DNA of 64,000 nt from a bacterium (GCA_965204535.1 CBDBEV010000001.1:320001-384000), one strand, 5' to 3'. Positions 38,822 through 49,757 are shown, counted from the first letter of the stretch. Made by a program: numbers and translations. Notes: generated from the sequence alone by a model not told the origin.

Positions 38822-40605
38822 GGAGACTGTGAGAGTATTGGATTTCACAGTCTCCGGAACAGGGCTCGCTTACGCTTGCAGCCCGATGGCCGGACACTGT
38901 CTTCAACTTCGGGAGCAACAACACCGCAGAGCCGGGAGAGAAACGTCTCGGCGGCCGGTCAGCTCGGGGTCGCGGTCAAGTCCTCGAAGAATCGGCTTCA
39001 AGTTCACACGCCATTCGTCCCCAACCGCTGTTTTTGCAGACAATGCTCCACAAATGCAGCTCCGCCCAGCACACGCATGACCCGCTTGAAGTTGTAACCC
39101 AGCGTCATCAGGCTGAATTCGCCGCGGCATTTGCCGAGTCCGCGCATCACAAAATGATCCATCCCCGCCCAGCGCTTGATCGTACCGAATGGATGTTCGA
39201 CGAGTGTGCTTCGCCCGCGCATCAATGGCACACGGGCGTTCATCTTCTTGCGATGCCGGTCCACCACGTCCTCATGCTCCCAGCGTTGTATCCTGCGCGT
39301 CGATCTCGACTTTGTCAGGCATCGGCCCGACAACGAACAGTCCCGGCAAACCGCCGCCGTCCCGCGATAAAAGTAATACAGCCTGCCCCTGACGGTGGTC
39401 GTGCCGCCTCGAACCAGACGCTCTCCGGCCGGACAGACATACGTGTCATCCTGCGCATCGTAACGGAATTCATCGCTGCCGAATCGTCCGTCCTTGCCCT
39501 TGCGGGCCGTCTGGTTCGGTATCGGAACATACACCTCCATTCCCTTGTCTTCGCAACTCTTCAACTGTGCGCCGTTGAAGTAGCCCGAATCCGCCAGGCC
39601 GACCAGGCGTTCGCTGCCCATGGCTTCGCCGGCTTTCGTCATCATCGGCTCCAACTGAGCGGAGTCATTGCCGTCCTGCACCACATCCTCCGCGACAATC
39701 AGCTTGTGCTTGTCGTCCACCGCGATCTGGCAGTTGTATCCGCCCACCATTATATCGCCGTTCCTCAGAAGTCGAGCATCTGCATCGACCCCCGATACCT
39801 GACGCTCTCCGCTTTCCTGCAAATGCTCTTGCAGTGCCTTCTTCTTTTGTTGCCTCTCGATCAAGGCCTTGAGCTTCACCGGCAGGTCCGGATCCTCCGA
39901 ACCGTCCCCACACTCCTCCCCGCGCGCATCCGCCTCGTCCAACTGCCGGTGATACGCCGCAATCCTCTTCTCCAAACGCCTCAGGTCCCTTGCCAGGGAC
40001 CGCTTGGTTTGGAAGCTGTCCAGGTTCGCATCGGCCTTCAAAAAAGTCCCGTCGACCGCCACCCGGCTGCCGCCCAGCAGCGAGAGTTCGCGGCACAGCA
40101 GCACGAACTCCCGGTTGGCCTCCTGCAGCGCAGCCACATTGTTCTTGCGAAAATCCGCAATCGTCTTGTAGCTCGGCGTCGCACCCTGGCACAGCCAGAT
40201 CACTTCCAGATTGCGCCGCGTCTCCGCTTCGAGACGGCGCGAACTCCGTACCCGGTGCTGGTAGCCGTACAGATACAGCTTCAGCAGCAGCGCCGGGTCG
40301 AAAGCCGGCTGACCGGCGCCGCAGTTCGCTTCGGCATGCGCGAACCCCAGCGCCTCCAGGTCCAGCGTGCCGACGAACGCATCGATCGCGCGCACCGCAT
40401 TGTGCTCGGACACGTAGTCGTCCAGACACGGCGGAAGCAGCATCATCTGGCTTCGGGACTGCACCTCCTGATAACGTCTCTCGGACATGGTGGTGACCCT
40501 TTATGTGGTTATCTCACTCACCGGTAAAGATAGCATGTACAGACAACCCGGGCATCGCTCGCCAGCGTCACCCACCAGAATCGTGGGAATACTTTCACAG
40601 TCTCC
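38822..40605 (-). mobile_element. IS1182-family insertion sequence
   Basis: Terminal IRs GGAGACTGTGAGAGTATT (38822) and AATACTTTCACAGTCTCC (40588-40605) around the transposase. Confidence 0.8.
39004..40488 (-). CDS. IS1182-family transposase
   Basis: LLKLYLYGY..RVRSSRRLE, PSYKTIADFRK, VAVDGT, LADSGYF, VEHPFGTIK. Confidence 0.93.
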   Translation of the reverse strand: MSERRYQEVQSRSQMMLLPPCLDDYVSEHNAVRAIDAFVGTLDLEALGFAHAEANCGAGQPAFDPALLLKLYLYGYQHRVRSSRRLEAETRRNLEVIWLCQGATPSYKTIADFRKNNVAALQEANREFVLLCRELSLLGGSRVAVDGTFLKADANLDSFQTKRSLARDLRRLEKRIAAYHRQLDEADARGEECGDGSEDPDLPVKLKALIERQQKKKALQEHLQESGERQVSGVDADARLLRNGDIMVGGYNCQIAVDDKHKLIVAEDVVQDGNDSAQLEPMMTKAGEAMGSERLVGLADSGYFNGAQLKSCEDKGMEVYVPIPNQTARKGKDGRFGSDEFRYDAQDDTYVCPAGERLVRGGTTTVRGRLYYFYRGTAAVCRDCSLSGRCLTKSRSTRRIQRWEHEDVVDRHRKKMNARVPLMRGRSTLVEHPFGTIKRWAGMDHFVMRGLGKCRGEFSLMTLGYNFKRVMRVLGGAAFVEHCLQKQRLGTNGV

Positions 40606-40972
40606 ACCCCGGCGGCGCGGCCCGTCGCTTCCCGTGTCGTTCGTCTGCTTGTGATGAAAAGCGCAAGTTGCAGCGCCCCGTGCGTCCGCCGCTTGTGAAT
40701 CCAGGCACAAGATTCAGCACCCCCACACCCTTTTGCCCCTCGCTCTGTCCGCTCAATCGCCGCGGCGGCTCCCGCTCGCCATTCTCTCCGGCGAAAATTC
40801 CCCTGTCGTTCGTTCCCAGGAATCCGCCGCTAGCCGCCCTTAGGCGCTTCGGGTTGTACACCGGACGCATCGCTGATGCACTTATTGCGAAAGCTGCGAA
40901 TGACCACGACCCCCTGCGCCCTGCTTTTATGGTTCATCCCCCAGCGGGCTTCTGTCGTGCCGAAACAAGCAA

Positions 40973-41127
40973 TACCAATATGGTGTCACGTTATCTCTTT
41001 GAAATCCCTGCACTTAAAAGATGGCGCATGTCATATGCAATCCGGCGTAATGCGGAGATTTCCGGCGGGATACCAGATTGGTAGTACTTGGACGCGTGCT
41101 GCGTTATGATGGCTACCAATATGGTAG
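40973..41127. promoter_or_regulatory. Three palindromic TACCA-N3-TGGT(A) boxes upstream of the RHH gene
   Basis: TACCAATATGGT (40973), TACCAGATTGGTA (41071), CTACCAATATGGTAG (41113). Confidence 0.5.
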
Positions 41128-41257
41128 TTCATGAAACGGCGTCACGGGCATCGTTTTTGGGCCCGAGGCGGGTGTGTTTGGCGCAAGAAATGAGAATTTT
41201 GCGGTCGCTTTGCGACCGGAACGGATGAAAATCTTCACGACAGGAGCGGCGAAACGG

Positions 41258-41581
41258 ATGGTTCAGACGATACAGAAGAATATCAGAGTCACGCCCGAAC
41301 AGTGGAAACGTATCGAAAATGAGGCCGGAAAACGCGAAATGTCGCCCAACCGACTCGTGGTAGAGTTCGTTATGGAAGCCCTGGGGCGCCACGAATGGCC
41401 CCGCACGGAGGCGGAAATCCACTTGTTGCGCTCTGCGATGTTCGTCGCACAGGCCATCATTCGCGACATGGAGAGGGACGGGCGAGAGGAAGAAATCGAA
41501 CAAATCAGCAGAAATATCTCAGAAGTCGCTCCGGAATTGCCGATGAAACCGGTGGAGGATAAGCGGGATATGGCGGATTAG
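41258..41581 (+). CDS. Ribbon-helix-helix-like protein (possible relaxosome accessory)
   Basis: QKNIRVTPEQWKRIENEAGKREMSPNRLV has a strand-helix-helix pattern. Confidence 0.6.
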   Translation: MVQTIQKNIRVTPEQWKRIENEAGKREMSPNRLVVEFVMEALGRHEWPRTEAEIHLLRSAMFVAQAIIRDMERDGREEEIEQISRNISEVAPELPMKPVEDKRDMAD

Positions 41582-41637
41582 GGGAGCTAGAAGGCGTGAG
41601 GAGTTACGGCCAAATCTGGTGTATGGCCGTCTTGAAT

Positions 41638-42175
41638 TCAGCGGCTTCCCTTCCCGTTTCTTTTTCGTTCACTCCATCGATGAACCTCACGTCGGTGATC
41701 ACATCTGCCAGATGACGCAAGCAGCGTGGACTCGTAGTCCCTGGCGAGTCCCTCGGCCAATTCCCAGGCGAGGGCGCGTGAGGGGGCCTGGTAAGCTGCC
41801 GCGGCCCGCTCTCTGAACTCCGGCCAGAGGTCCTCGGTCACCTTCGCCGCGAGGTTCCGCATCCGGTGCGCCAGGCAGCGCTGCCGCTCCGAACGCGGGA
41901 AACACGTTTCGACCGCCTTGATGATGCCCGGCGCCCCGTCGCTCACCACCACCAGCGGGTCCCCCAGGCCGCGAGCACCGGCTCGCGCTTGCTTCCGGGG
42001 TGGGTCCGCTCGGCTATCCCGTCGATGAACAGGTAGGCGACCTCCTACTCGTCCAGCTCCCGTGTGCAAAACGCCTGGTAGTCTTCCCAGAGACGTTCTC
42101 CGAGTTCGGAGACTGCCGTGCGCGAGAGCAGAAGACGGCCGTTCTCGTCAGTGAAGACGTCCTCGATGTCACGTA
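41638..42175 (-). pseudogene. IS256-family transposase fragments
   Basis: [20 protein letters not shown], stop, YLFIDG; VVSDGAPGIIKAV...QRCLAHRMRN; stops and deletions. Confidence 0.75.
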
Positions 42176-42344
42176 CTCGACGAACCCTTCCGCCATCTTG
42201 AGACGACCCGGACGATGGCCGTTGCGGCAGCCTTGGCCGGGCTTCGCTCCATGCTCCTAATACGCCTAGCCCAGCGCGTCGCGGTCGCCGTGGCCCAACC
42301 TCAACCGTTCCTCGGCGGCCAGCCGCTGAAACAGTGTCGTCGCC

Positions 42345-42473
42345 GCGGCGCGGTTCCTCCACCTTGCCCACGTCGGCGCCGAGGTCGGCGAGGACCATCG
42401 TGAGGAAGGGGCCGGGGAGGAGCCGGGAAAGGTCGAGCACTCTGATGCCCTGAAGGGCACGGGCAAGGGACAT
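42345..42473 (-). pseudogene. CoA-transferase family III (CaiB/BaiF) N-terminal fragment
   Basis: [32 protein letters not shown], then truncated. Confidence 0.75.
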
Positions 42474-42543
42474 GATGGTGACTCTGGGTCAGGTGTGGGA
42501 AGGAGTAAGCGAGAATAGTAATCTGAACATTACAAAATGTCTT

Positions 42544-43275
42544 CTATACTTTACATTTTTCGTGCCTTTGCGCCGTTCCGGGTACGGTGCCCGACTCTCC
42601 ACGCACTGCCCGTCCGGCGACCAGATCGCAGAAGACGAAACCCTCCCGCTCCACCACCTCGCCGCGGACGACCGGAACGGGACGTGAAAAGATGGAGCCG
42701 GCGCTGACGAAGGTGTGGAATTCGCCGTTTTCGCCGCACGGATCGGCGTCCCCGGGCAGGTCCGCGAGAAACTCCATGTCGAAGGGGCGCCCCGCGAAAG
42801 ACGCGTCCAGCACGGACAGGCTGACGCAGACCGTCACCGCCTCGAAGCCGTCGCGAATGAACGAGCGTGCCAGCCTGTCCGTCGGCTGTCCCCAGATGGG
42901 GAACACGGCCTCGAGCCCGCACTCCGCCAGCTGCCGCTCACGGGACTCGCGGAGGTCCTCCAGGAAGATGTCCCCAAAGGCGACCCGACGGACCCCTGCG
43001 GCGTACAGCCGGTCGAACTCCCGCCCTATCGCGCGCTCGTACACCTCGTTCGAGGACTTCGGGGGCACCACCACCTCGGCCAGCCCGATGCCGAGCGACG
43101 CGGCCTGCCCGCGCAGCAGTGAACGCCGTACCCCGTGCATGCTCACGCGGTCGTAGGCGTCGGTCACGGTGGTGATCAGCGTCTCGACACGGTACTTCCC
43201 GTCCCGCTGCAACGCGCGCAGCGCGAGACAGCTGTCCTTGCCCCCGCTGAAGCACATCGCGATCGGTTCCGGCAC
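42544..43275 (-). CDS. Diphthine-ammonia ligase (Dph6/MJ0570)-like PP-loop ATPase
   Basis: FSGGKDS, RVSMHGV, FGDIFLEDLR, DPCGENGEFHTFV; probable GTG start 43275. Confidence 0.88.
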   Translation of the reverse strand: MPEPIAMCFSGGKDSCLALRALQRDGKYRVETLITTVTDAYDRVSMHGVRRSLLRGQAASLGIGLAEVVVPPKSSNEVYERAIGREFDRLYAAGVRRVAFGDIFLEDLRESRERQLAECGLEAVFPIWGQPTDRLARSFIRDGFEAVTVCVSLSVLDASFAGRPFDMEFLADLPGDADPCGENGEFHTFVSAGSIFSRPVPVVRGEVVEREGFVFCDLVAGRAVRGESGTVPGTAQRHEKCKV

Positions 43276-44020
43276 GATTGGGTGTCCTCTCCGGTTCGGT
43301 GATCCGCGGCGGGCCCCGCCATGGCGCCAGCCACGCCAACGACCAACATTAACGCCATCATGTTCTTCGCGACCCCGGCCCGTTCTCGGCTCGTCCGCCG
43401 CCGCCCTCATTCTGGCCACCTGCTCGCCCGGCCCCGGCATCTATTTCTGACAATTTTTGTGACGATTACTTTTCCTGCAATTCTGGGAAAAATGTTGCGC
43501 CTTTTGCTGCCGGCGCTGTTTACAGCTACGATCTGGGTGCTATGCAGATTCGCATTCCTTAGCAAAAAAATGACTTATATCAAAAGACCCGCTTCTTTAC
43601 CTAAATTATTTGATCTTCCTCACGTTTGTGGTGCTCTATATACATATAGCAATTTATTTCTGGGCCGAGTCAACTCCCCACGGACGGGGGGTCAATGTCA
43701 TTACAAGCATCATCGGTGTCGTTCCCGGCATTTTGTCATTCTTTGACGTAATTGGCGTCAAAATTAACGGTAAATTAGAGCCAACCATTCTTGTCGATCC
43801 GTTCGGAACTGGAAGTTCCATTTTGAATTACATCGGAATCGTTGTGTTCCTTGCTGTTGTTTTCTTCCCACATATTCTCCGTTGCTTACAAGATGGCTAA
43901 AAGAGCAGAATATAGAAAAGACGAATCGGTGGACAAATACTAATAAAATCCCTCCTATCTCGACCGTTTATCATATGCATATTGATAAATATCTTAAATA
44001 CAGTTAAATTTATTGCTATT

Positions 44021-44857
44021 ATGTCGACCTATAATCAAAGAAACAAATCCGTGAGACTCAATGAATTCCTGGATCGGCGCGCCGTGTTCACGATGGACGA
44101 ACTGGATCGTTTCCTGTCCGAGCGTGGATCCGGAAACACCCACACCCGCAAGTCGCTGCTGGCCTACCACCGCAGGCAAGGCCGGATCGTCCATGTGCGC
44201 CGCGGCCTGTATGCGACGCTTCCCCGGGGTATGGACCCGGAAACCACACCGGTCGATCCATTCCTGGTGGCGGCCAAGATGACCGGGGACGCGGTGCTGG
44301 GCTACCACACGGCCCTGGAGTTCCACGGGAGGGCATACTCGGTCCACTGGAGGCTGGTCTACGTCTCGGCGACCAAGTCGCTTCCGCTTACCTTCCAATC
44401 CCACGAGTTCCGGCGCGCGCCCGTGCCACCGCCACTGCTGGCGAAAGGAGAGGAGATGTTCGGGGTCAACCGCCATGAGCGCTCCGGCGTGAAACTCCGG
44501 GTGACCGGCCACGAAAGAACCCTGGTCGATGCGCTGGACCGGCCGGACCTGACCGGAACCTGGGAGGAGATATGGCGGTCCCTGGAATCGGTGGAGTTCT
44601 TCGATCTGGAACAGGTCATCGAGTACACCCGCCTGCTGGAGAACGCGACCACGGCGGCGAAGGTGGGGTTTTTCCTGGAACAGCACAGGGAGCCCTTGAT
44701 GGTGGAGGAGACCCACCTTGATGCCTTGCGCAAGCTGCGCCCGAGGCAGCCCCACCATATGACGCGAGGCAGGCCGAGGGGTTGCCTGTTGGTGAAAGAC
44801 TGGAACCTGATGGTTCCGGATGAAATCCTGAATCGGTCCTGGGAAGAGGTATCGTGA
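44021..44857 (+). CDS. AbiEi-like type IV antitoxin / transcriptional regulator
   Basis: N-terminal wHTH IVHVRRGLY; GYHTALEFHG; VTGHERTLVD; overlaps the next gene. Confidence 0.82.
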   Translation: MSTYNQRNKSVRLNEFLDRRAVFTMDELDRFLSERGSGNTHTRKSLLAYHRRQGRIVHVRRGLYATLPRGMDPETTPVDPFLVAAKMTGDAVLGYHTALEFHGRAYSVHWRLVYVSATKSLPLTFQSHEFRRAPVPPPLLAKGEEMFGVNRHERSGVKLRVTGHERTLVDALDRPDLTGTWEEIWRSLESVEFFDLEQVIEYTRLLENATTAAKVGFFLEQHREPLMVEETHLDALRKLRPRQPHHMTRGRPRGCLLVKDWNLMVPDEILNRSWEEVS

Positions 44858-45825
44858 GATTCTCCGCCTCGGAAATCCTGCCCGTGGCCCGAGCCAACGG
44901 ATTCAACGCGGAGGTGGTCGAGAAGGTTTTCTGCCTGGTGCATCTCCTGAACGCCCTGAACACGCACCCCTCGCTCAAGGGAAGATGGGTCCTGAAGGGC
45001 GGCACGGCCCTGAACCTGTTCGTCCTCCGCCATCCCCGGTTGTCCGTGGATATCGATCTCAACTACATCGGCGCACTGGAGCGCGAGGAAATGCTGGAGG
45101 AGCGGCCGAGGATCGAGCGGGCGGCCCAGGCGGTCTTCTCCCGCGAGGGGTTCACGGTCCGGAGGACGCCGAGCGAACACGCCGGAGGCAAGTGGCGGTT
45201 GAGCTATTCGAGCTATACCGGGCAGTCCGGGAGCCTCGAAGTCGATTTGAATTTCATGTTCAGGCAACCGCTTTGGGAGATCTACCAGGCCGATTCACAT
45301 CCACTCGGGAACTACCAGGCCAAAGACGTTCCCGTGCTCGATCTGCATGAACTCGTGGCCGGCAAGCTCTCGGCGCTTTTTTCTCGCAGACAGGCGAGAG
45401 ATCTGTTCGATTGTCACCGCATACTCGATACGGACACTCTTCAGCGCGAGCGGCTCCGCATCGCCTTCGTCGTCTACGGGGCGATGAACCGCAAGGACTG
45501 GCGAACCATCTCCGTCGCAGACGTGGACTACGATGAATCGGAGTTGGCGAGACAACTCGATCCCACTCTTCGAGTCCGTCAGCCGGGAGAACAGGCGTCA
45601 CTCGCTGAATACGGGGCGCAACTGCTGGGGGAGACCAGGAGGAGCCTGTCCGCTTTGCTTCCGTTTACCGATGCCGAGCAGGCGTTTCTCGATCTCCTGT
45701 TGGACAAAGGCGAAATCGACGCGACGATCCTGACCTCCGATACATCCTTGCAAAAACGCATCCAGGTCCAACCGCTTCTGGAATGGAAGGCCCTCAACGT
45801 GCGTCGACACAAGGGATTGTCCTGA
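44854..45825 (+). CDS. AbiEii-family nucleotidyltransferase toxin
   Basis: VEK; LKGGTALN...RLSVDIDL; K...R..ARDLFD. Confidence 0.88.
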   Translation: MRFSASEILPVARANGFNAEVVEKVFCLVHLLNALNTHPSLKGRWVLKGGTALNLFVLRHPRLSVDIDLNYIGALEREEMLEERPRIERAAQAVFSREGFTVRRTPSEHAGGKWRLSYSSYTGQSGSLEVDLNFMFRQPLWEIYQADSHPLGNYQAKDVPVLDLHELVAGKLSALFSRRQARDLFDCHRILDTDTLQRERLRIAFVVYGAMNRKDWRTISVADVDYDESELARQLDPTLRVRQPGEQASLAEYGAQLLGETRRSLSALLPFTDAEQAFLDLLLDKGEIDATILTSDTSLQKRIQVQPLLEWKALNVRRHKGLS

Positions 45826-46336
45826 CACGAAATCGCGCATGTTGACCATCAACGCGCTACACGGCCACTTCGAGGAGTTTGGGGTATCGCTCCGCAAGGA
45901 CCGGCTAATGTCGGCCAGTCGGCGAGTATCCGGGTTCGGGGCTGCCTGAAGTGGTTCTCGATCCAAGAGAGGTTCTCCGAGGTCGGCTTAAGGCATACAG
46001 AACATTATTCGCACGTCACAGCGAACATGCGGCCCCACAAGTACCCGACAAGTCCCCTTCAAGTCAGAAATCTCATCCGTTCCCCGGAAGGCGAACGGAC
46101 ACGAGCGAAAACTCTTCAGAATCGGGGGCTCAAGGATCGGACGAATCTGGCCAAGGAATACGTGCAACCGCCTCTTTCGCGGGCCCTATCGAGATGATCG
46201 TCCCGGACAAGCCCCGAAGCAACAAATAGAAGTAGCGGGGCGGACTTTGGAAGACGCCCCGACAGGTGTAAGCGTTCGGGCGGGCCGTGATGGTAGTGCC
46301 TTGAAGCAGTAGTTCGGGCCGGAATGGGGGATGATT

Positions 46337-47209
46337 TTACCGGTTGAGGACTTGCTTCCAGTTTCTGCGCAACGGTCGTAGCCAGATGTCCTTTTTCGGT
46401 TGGTCTCGTTTCGTGTATCTGTCGTAGCGTCCACGCCCCTGGGTCATACCGACGTGAATCCACCCCGATGCCCTGTAGACGGCGCCGGTGTAGCGCGGCG
46501 TCTCGACGAAGGTCTCGACGAGGACGGGTGTCGTGCCATAGCGCTCGGTCCAGTCCTCGGGCAGGCGCCTGCGGATGATGGCGAGGAGGTGTGAGCCGAG
46601 GTTGAGGATCCTGATCCATGGCAGGATGAGGAACCTCGGGTTGTCGACCACGAGGGGGAGGTTCTTCTCGCGCAGCTGCGGCGTCCAGCCGATGAAGCTG
46701 TCGCGCGGGGCGAGCTTCCACGCGGCGGTGGAGAAGCCGAGCATGGCGAGGGGCCTGCCGCCCCGGTCGTGGACGGCGTAGCGCATCTGCGCGCCGACGA
46801 GGGTCTTGTAGCCGAGGTAGTGGTAGCGGGCGACGAACTCGTTCCAGAGCCTGCCCTCGCGGGTTCCGCGCACGGCGACGCGCATATCGAGGGGGCGGAC
46901 TTCGTCGAGGGTCTCAGGCGCCGGGATGAGGGGAGGTTCGGTGTCGGGTCCGAAGACGATCGGCCCGGGCCGGTTCTGGCGCCACTTCGGTGGGGGCAGC
47001 GTGATCAGGCCGTCCTTGTGCATGGCCAGCATAGTCACCCGGGCCATCATGTCCTTGAGTCCGCCGTCGGGCTTGTACCAGCCGATTCGGCGGCAGAACT
47101 CCTTCGATAGCGCATGGCGGTTGAGCGCAGGTGGACCTGCGATCAGTTCGCGCAGCAGCGCCATCTCTTCCGTCGTGAAGTCGCGTCCGTGGTAGCGGCA
47201 CTCGGTCAC
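46337..47209 (-). CDS. DUF4338 (DruA-like) protein, copy 1
   Basis: YHYLGY, WKLAPRD.FIGW, NPRFLILPW, ETFVE..RYTGAVYRASGW..VG.TQGRGR. Confidence 0.85.
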   Translation of the reverse strand: MTECRYHGRDFTTEEMALLRELIAGPPALNRHALSKEFCRRIGWYKPDGGLKDMMARVTMLAMHKDGLITLPPPKWRQNRPGPIVFGPDTEPPLIPAPETLDEVRPLDMRVAVRGTREGRLWNEFVARYHYLGYKTLVGAQMRYAVHDRGGRPLAMLGFSTAAWKLAPRDSFIGWTPQLREKNLPLVVDNPRFLILPWIRILNLGSHLLAIIRRRLPEDWTERYGTTPVLVETFVETPRYTGAVYRASGWIHVGMTQGRGRYDRYTKRDQPKKDIWLRPLRRNWKQVLNR

Positions 47210-47213
47210 GGCG

Positions 47214-49568
47214 TCATCCCGGCGCCGTGAGGGCGCGCCTGCGCTCCGTGCTCATCGACCAGGGCAGCCACGCGGAGAGGTCCCCGGGCGCCCGGCCGCC
47301 GTTCTCCGCGCAGGCCGTGAGCCATGCCTCCAGCCAGCGGAGCGGGTCGACCCCGTTCGACGCGAGGGTTCCGAGGACCGAGTACATCATCGCCGTAAAC
47401 CTGGCGCCGGCCTCGCTGTCGGAGCCGAACGAGAGCCGCCTGCCGATCACAGGGCCCCGAAGCGCACGTTCGCTGGCGTTGTTATCCATCGGCACCGAGG
47501 GGCGTTCGATGAAGACGCTCAGCCCCTCGCGGTGGTTCAGCAGCGAGCGAAGCGCCTTGCCCTCGCGCGCCTGCGCGGGCAGAGCGGCCATCTCCCGTCG
47601 GGCCTGCGCGAACAGGTCCTTGAGCGCCTTCTTCAATTCGTCGTGCGCCGCGTCGAACGCCGCATCCTGGCGTTCGACGCCCGGGTCGTAACTGGCCAGG
47701 CGCGCCTCGTTCAGGCGGTAAAGCAAGGCAATCCGCTCGATCCATCTCTCGCACCACGGCGTCAGCCGCTCATCGCCGGCGGCGCAGTGGATATAATCGC
47801 GCCGGACGTGACTCCAGCACCATGCGAGAGTCACCAGACCCCCGGGAATGCGCGCCAGCTTCTTGTAGGCGCTGTAGCGGTCGCAGACGATGACCGTATG
47901 GGAGCCGGCCGCGCCGAACAGCTTCATCGCGACCTCAGCACTCCGCGAGGGGTCGACGTGGAAGTAGACGGAGTCTGCGCTGACCGAGGTCCACAGCCAG
48001 GCGCGGCTCGAGCGTCCTTGTTCGCGAAGCGACTGAACGCGCCACGTCGTCTCGTCCCCGTGACGCACCGCCGCTTCGTTCTGGCGGTCGAGGATCGCCG
48101 CAGCCAGCGGCTCGAAGAGCGGCGTGAAGCGGTGCGTGCTGTCGCCCAGTGTGCCTGCAGAGACCGGAAGCCCCTGGTCGGAGAGCCACGCGGCGACCCG
48201 GCGCAGCGGGCGGAAGCAGGCGTAGCGCTCGAACAGGAAGCGCGCCCACACGCTCGTCCCGTAAGGCGTGCCCGCGAACAGGCGCGGCGCGGCGGGCGCC
48301 GACACTTCCACCGGAGACGACGCGCACGCGCATCTCCTGCGCCATCTCGGACGGCGGATGACGCGCTTGTGGGCCGAGACTTCGATCTCGAAGATGGAGG
48401 AGACCTCGGCGCCATTGGCCACGTAGGGCTTCCCGCAACCGGCGCAGACGCGCGCACCGGCCGGCGGGTTGCGAACTTCGGTCCTCTCATCGAGCGCGGG
48501 CCGCGGGGTGCGGCCATGACCGGCGGCGCCGGGTTGCCGGCCGCGCCTGCGCTCCGAGCGCGGCCTCTCCTGCCGTTCGCTCTTGCGCCCGAACAGTCTT
48601 CTCGCCAGCACCGCTCCGGTGGCGCGAAGCTTCGCGAGATCGGCCTCCAGCCGCGCCCGGATGGTCTCTGACTTGCGGAGCGCCCTGCGAAGACGCCCGT
48701 TCTCCCTCGACAGCGACCTGAGCGCCGTCTTCTGGCGCCGCGACCTCCCCAGGGCCTTGCGCAGTTCCTCATCTGCACGAGACGGCGACTTCGAGCGCGC
48801 CGCCTCGAGAGCGCGCAGCAACCGCGCCTTCAGCCGTTCGGTCGCAATGCCTACGGCCCCCAGGGAGACTTCAAGACGGTAGACCTCCGCAGACAGCGAC
48901 TCGACCACCTCCGCCTGGTCGCGCAATCGCCTCAACTTCCTGTAGAGCCCGATGGCCTCCTCGTCCAGGCTCCGAATGGTCTCCTTGTCGGTCGCCGACT
49001 TCTGCTTCTCCAGGGCCAGACGATCTTCGAGCCGGGCAACTTCCTTCTCCCGCCGGCCGACCTCCTTGCGCAGGGCATGAATCGTCTCCTTGCGCTCCTC
49101 CAGGGCCTTGCGCAGCCGCCCCGCCTCCCCCGGCGACGGCACGCCCGAGAGCTCCTTGCGAAGCCGGACGACCTCCATGCGCAGCGACATGAGCGGGCTG
49201 CGCTTGCGCGGATCGACCCCCGCCTCCGCAAGCAGCTTCTCCAGCCGCGCCACTTCCGCCTTGAGCGACAGCGCGTCCTTCGCCGCGCGGCGGGCTTCCT
49301 TCGCCTCCCCGGCGGCCGCCTCGAGCTTCTTCCGGCTGGCGTCGAGATGCCGCTTCAGCTTGCCCGCACGGGAGCGGGAATCCACTTCCGCCCAACGCAA
49401 CTCCTCGCAGCGCGCCTCCGCCGCCTCCGCGCGCGCACGCTCGCGCTCGTACAGCGAACGCCAGTACGCCTCTGCGGTTGTGGACAACCCGGGGGAATGA
49501 GGCCATGGCTCATCCGGCCTCTCGGCCAACGCCAACTCCGTCTCGACAGCTTCTGCGCGAATCTTCAT
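47214..49568 (-). CDS. IS66 TnpC transposase with a long N-terminal coiled coil, copy 1
   Basis: LFGRKSE, C..C zinc finger, HGDETTW, CDRYSAY, CWSHVRR, DNNASERALR. Confidence 0.92.
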   Translation of the reverse strand: MKIRAEAVETELALAERPDEPWPHSPGLSTTAEAYWRSLYERERARAEAAEARCEELRWAEVDSRSRAGKLKRHLDASRKKLEAAAGEAKEARRAAKDALSLKAEVARLEKLLAEAGVDPRKRSPLMSLRMEVVRLRKELSGVPSPGEAGRLRKALEERKETIHALRKEVGRREKEVARLEDRLALEKQKSATDKETIRSLDEEAIGLYRKLRRLRDQAEVVESLSAEVYRLEVSLGAVGIATERLKARLLRALEAARSKSPSRADEELRKALGRSRRQKTALRSLSRENGRLRRALRKSETIRARLEADLAKLRATGAVLARRLFGRKSERQERPRSERRRGRQPGAAGHGRTPRPALDERTEVRNPPAGARVCAGCGKPYVANGAEVSSIFEIEVSAHKRVIRRPRWRRRCACASSPVEVSAPAAPRLFAGTPYGTSVWARFLFERYACFRPLRRVAAWLSDQGLPVSAGTLGDSTHRFTPLFEPLAAAILDRQNEAAVRHGDETTWRVQSLREQGRSSRAWLWTSVSADSVYFHVDPSRSAEVAMKLFGAAGSHTVIVCDRYSAYKKLARIPGGLVTLAWCWSHVRRDYIHCAAGDERLTPWCERWIERIALLYRLNEARLASYDPGVERQDAAFDAAHDELKKALKDLFAQARREMAALPAQAREGKALRSLLNHREGLSVFIERPSVPMDNNASERALRGPVIGRRLSFGSDSEAGARFTAMMYSVLGTLASNGVDPLRWLEAWLTACAENGGRAPGDLSAWLPWSMSTERRRALTAPG

Positions 49569-49757
49569 GCCGACATCATTAGCACATGTCGAATCGCGTT
49601 ACCAGTCGCCCGGGAAAATTCTATCCGATGGAGGCGATGCGCCCGGCGCCGGGTCCATCACGGCCCGCCCGAACGCTTACACCGACAGGTAAGCGTTCGG
49701 GCGGGCCGTGATGGTAGTGCCTTGAAGCAGTAGTTCGGGCCGGAATGGGGGATGATT

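Larger units (their letters stand above)
46268..49680 (-). mobile_element. IS66-family element, copy 1 (3413 bp: transposase + DUF4338)
   Basis: IRs GTAAGCGTTCGGGCGGGCCGTGATGG at both ends. Confidence 0.9.

Noticed and set aside
43321-43900. Low-GC membrane protein ORFs
   Set aside because: Short overlapping hydrophobic frames without clear starts; possibly a decayed gene, not callable.
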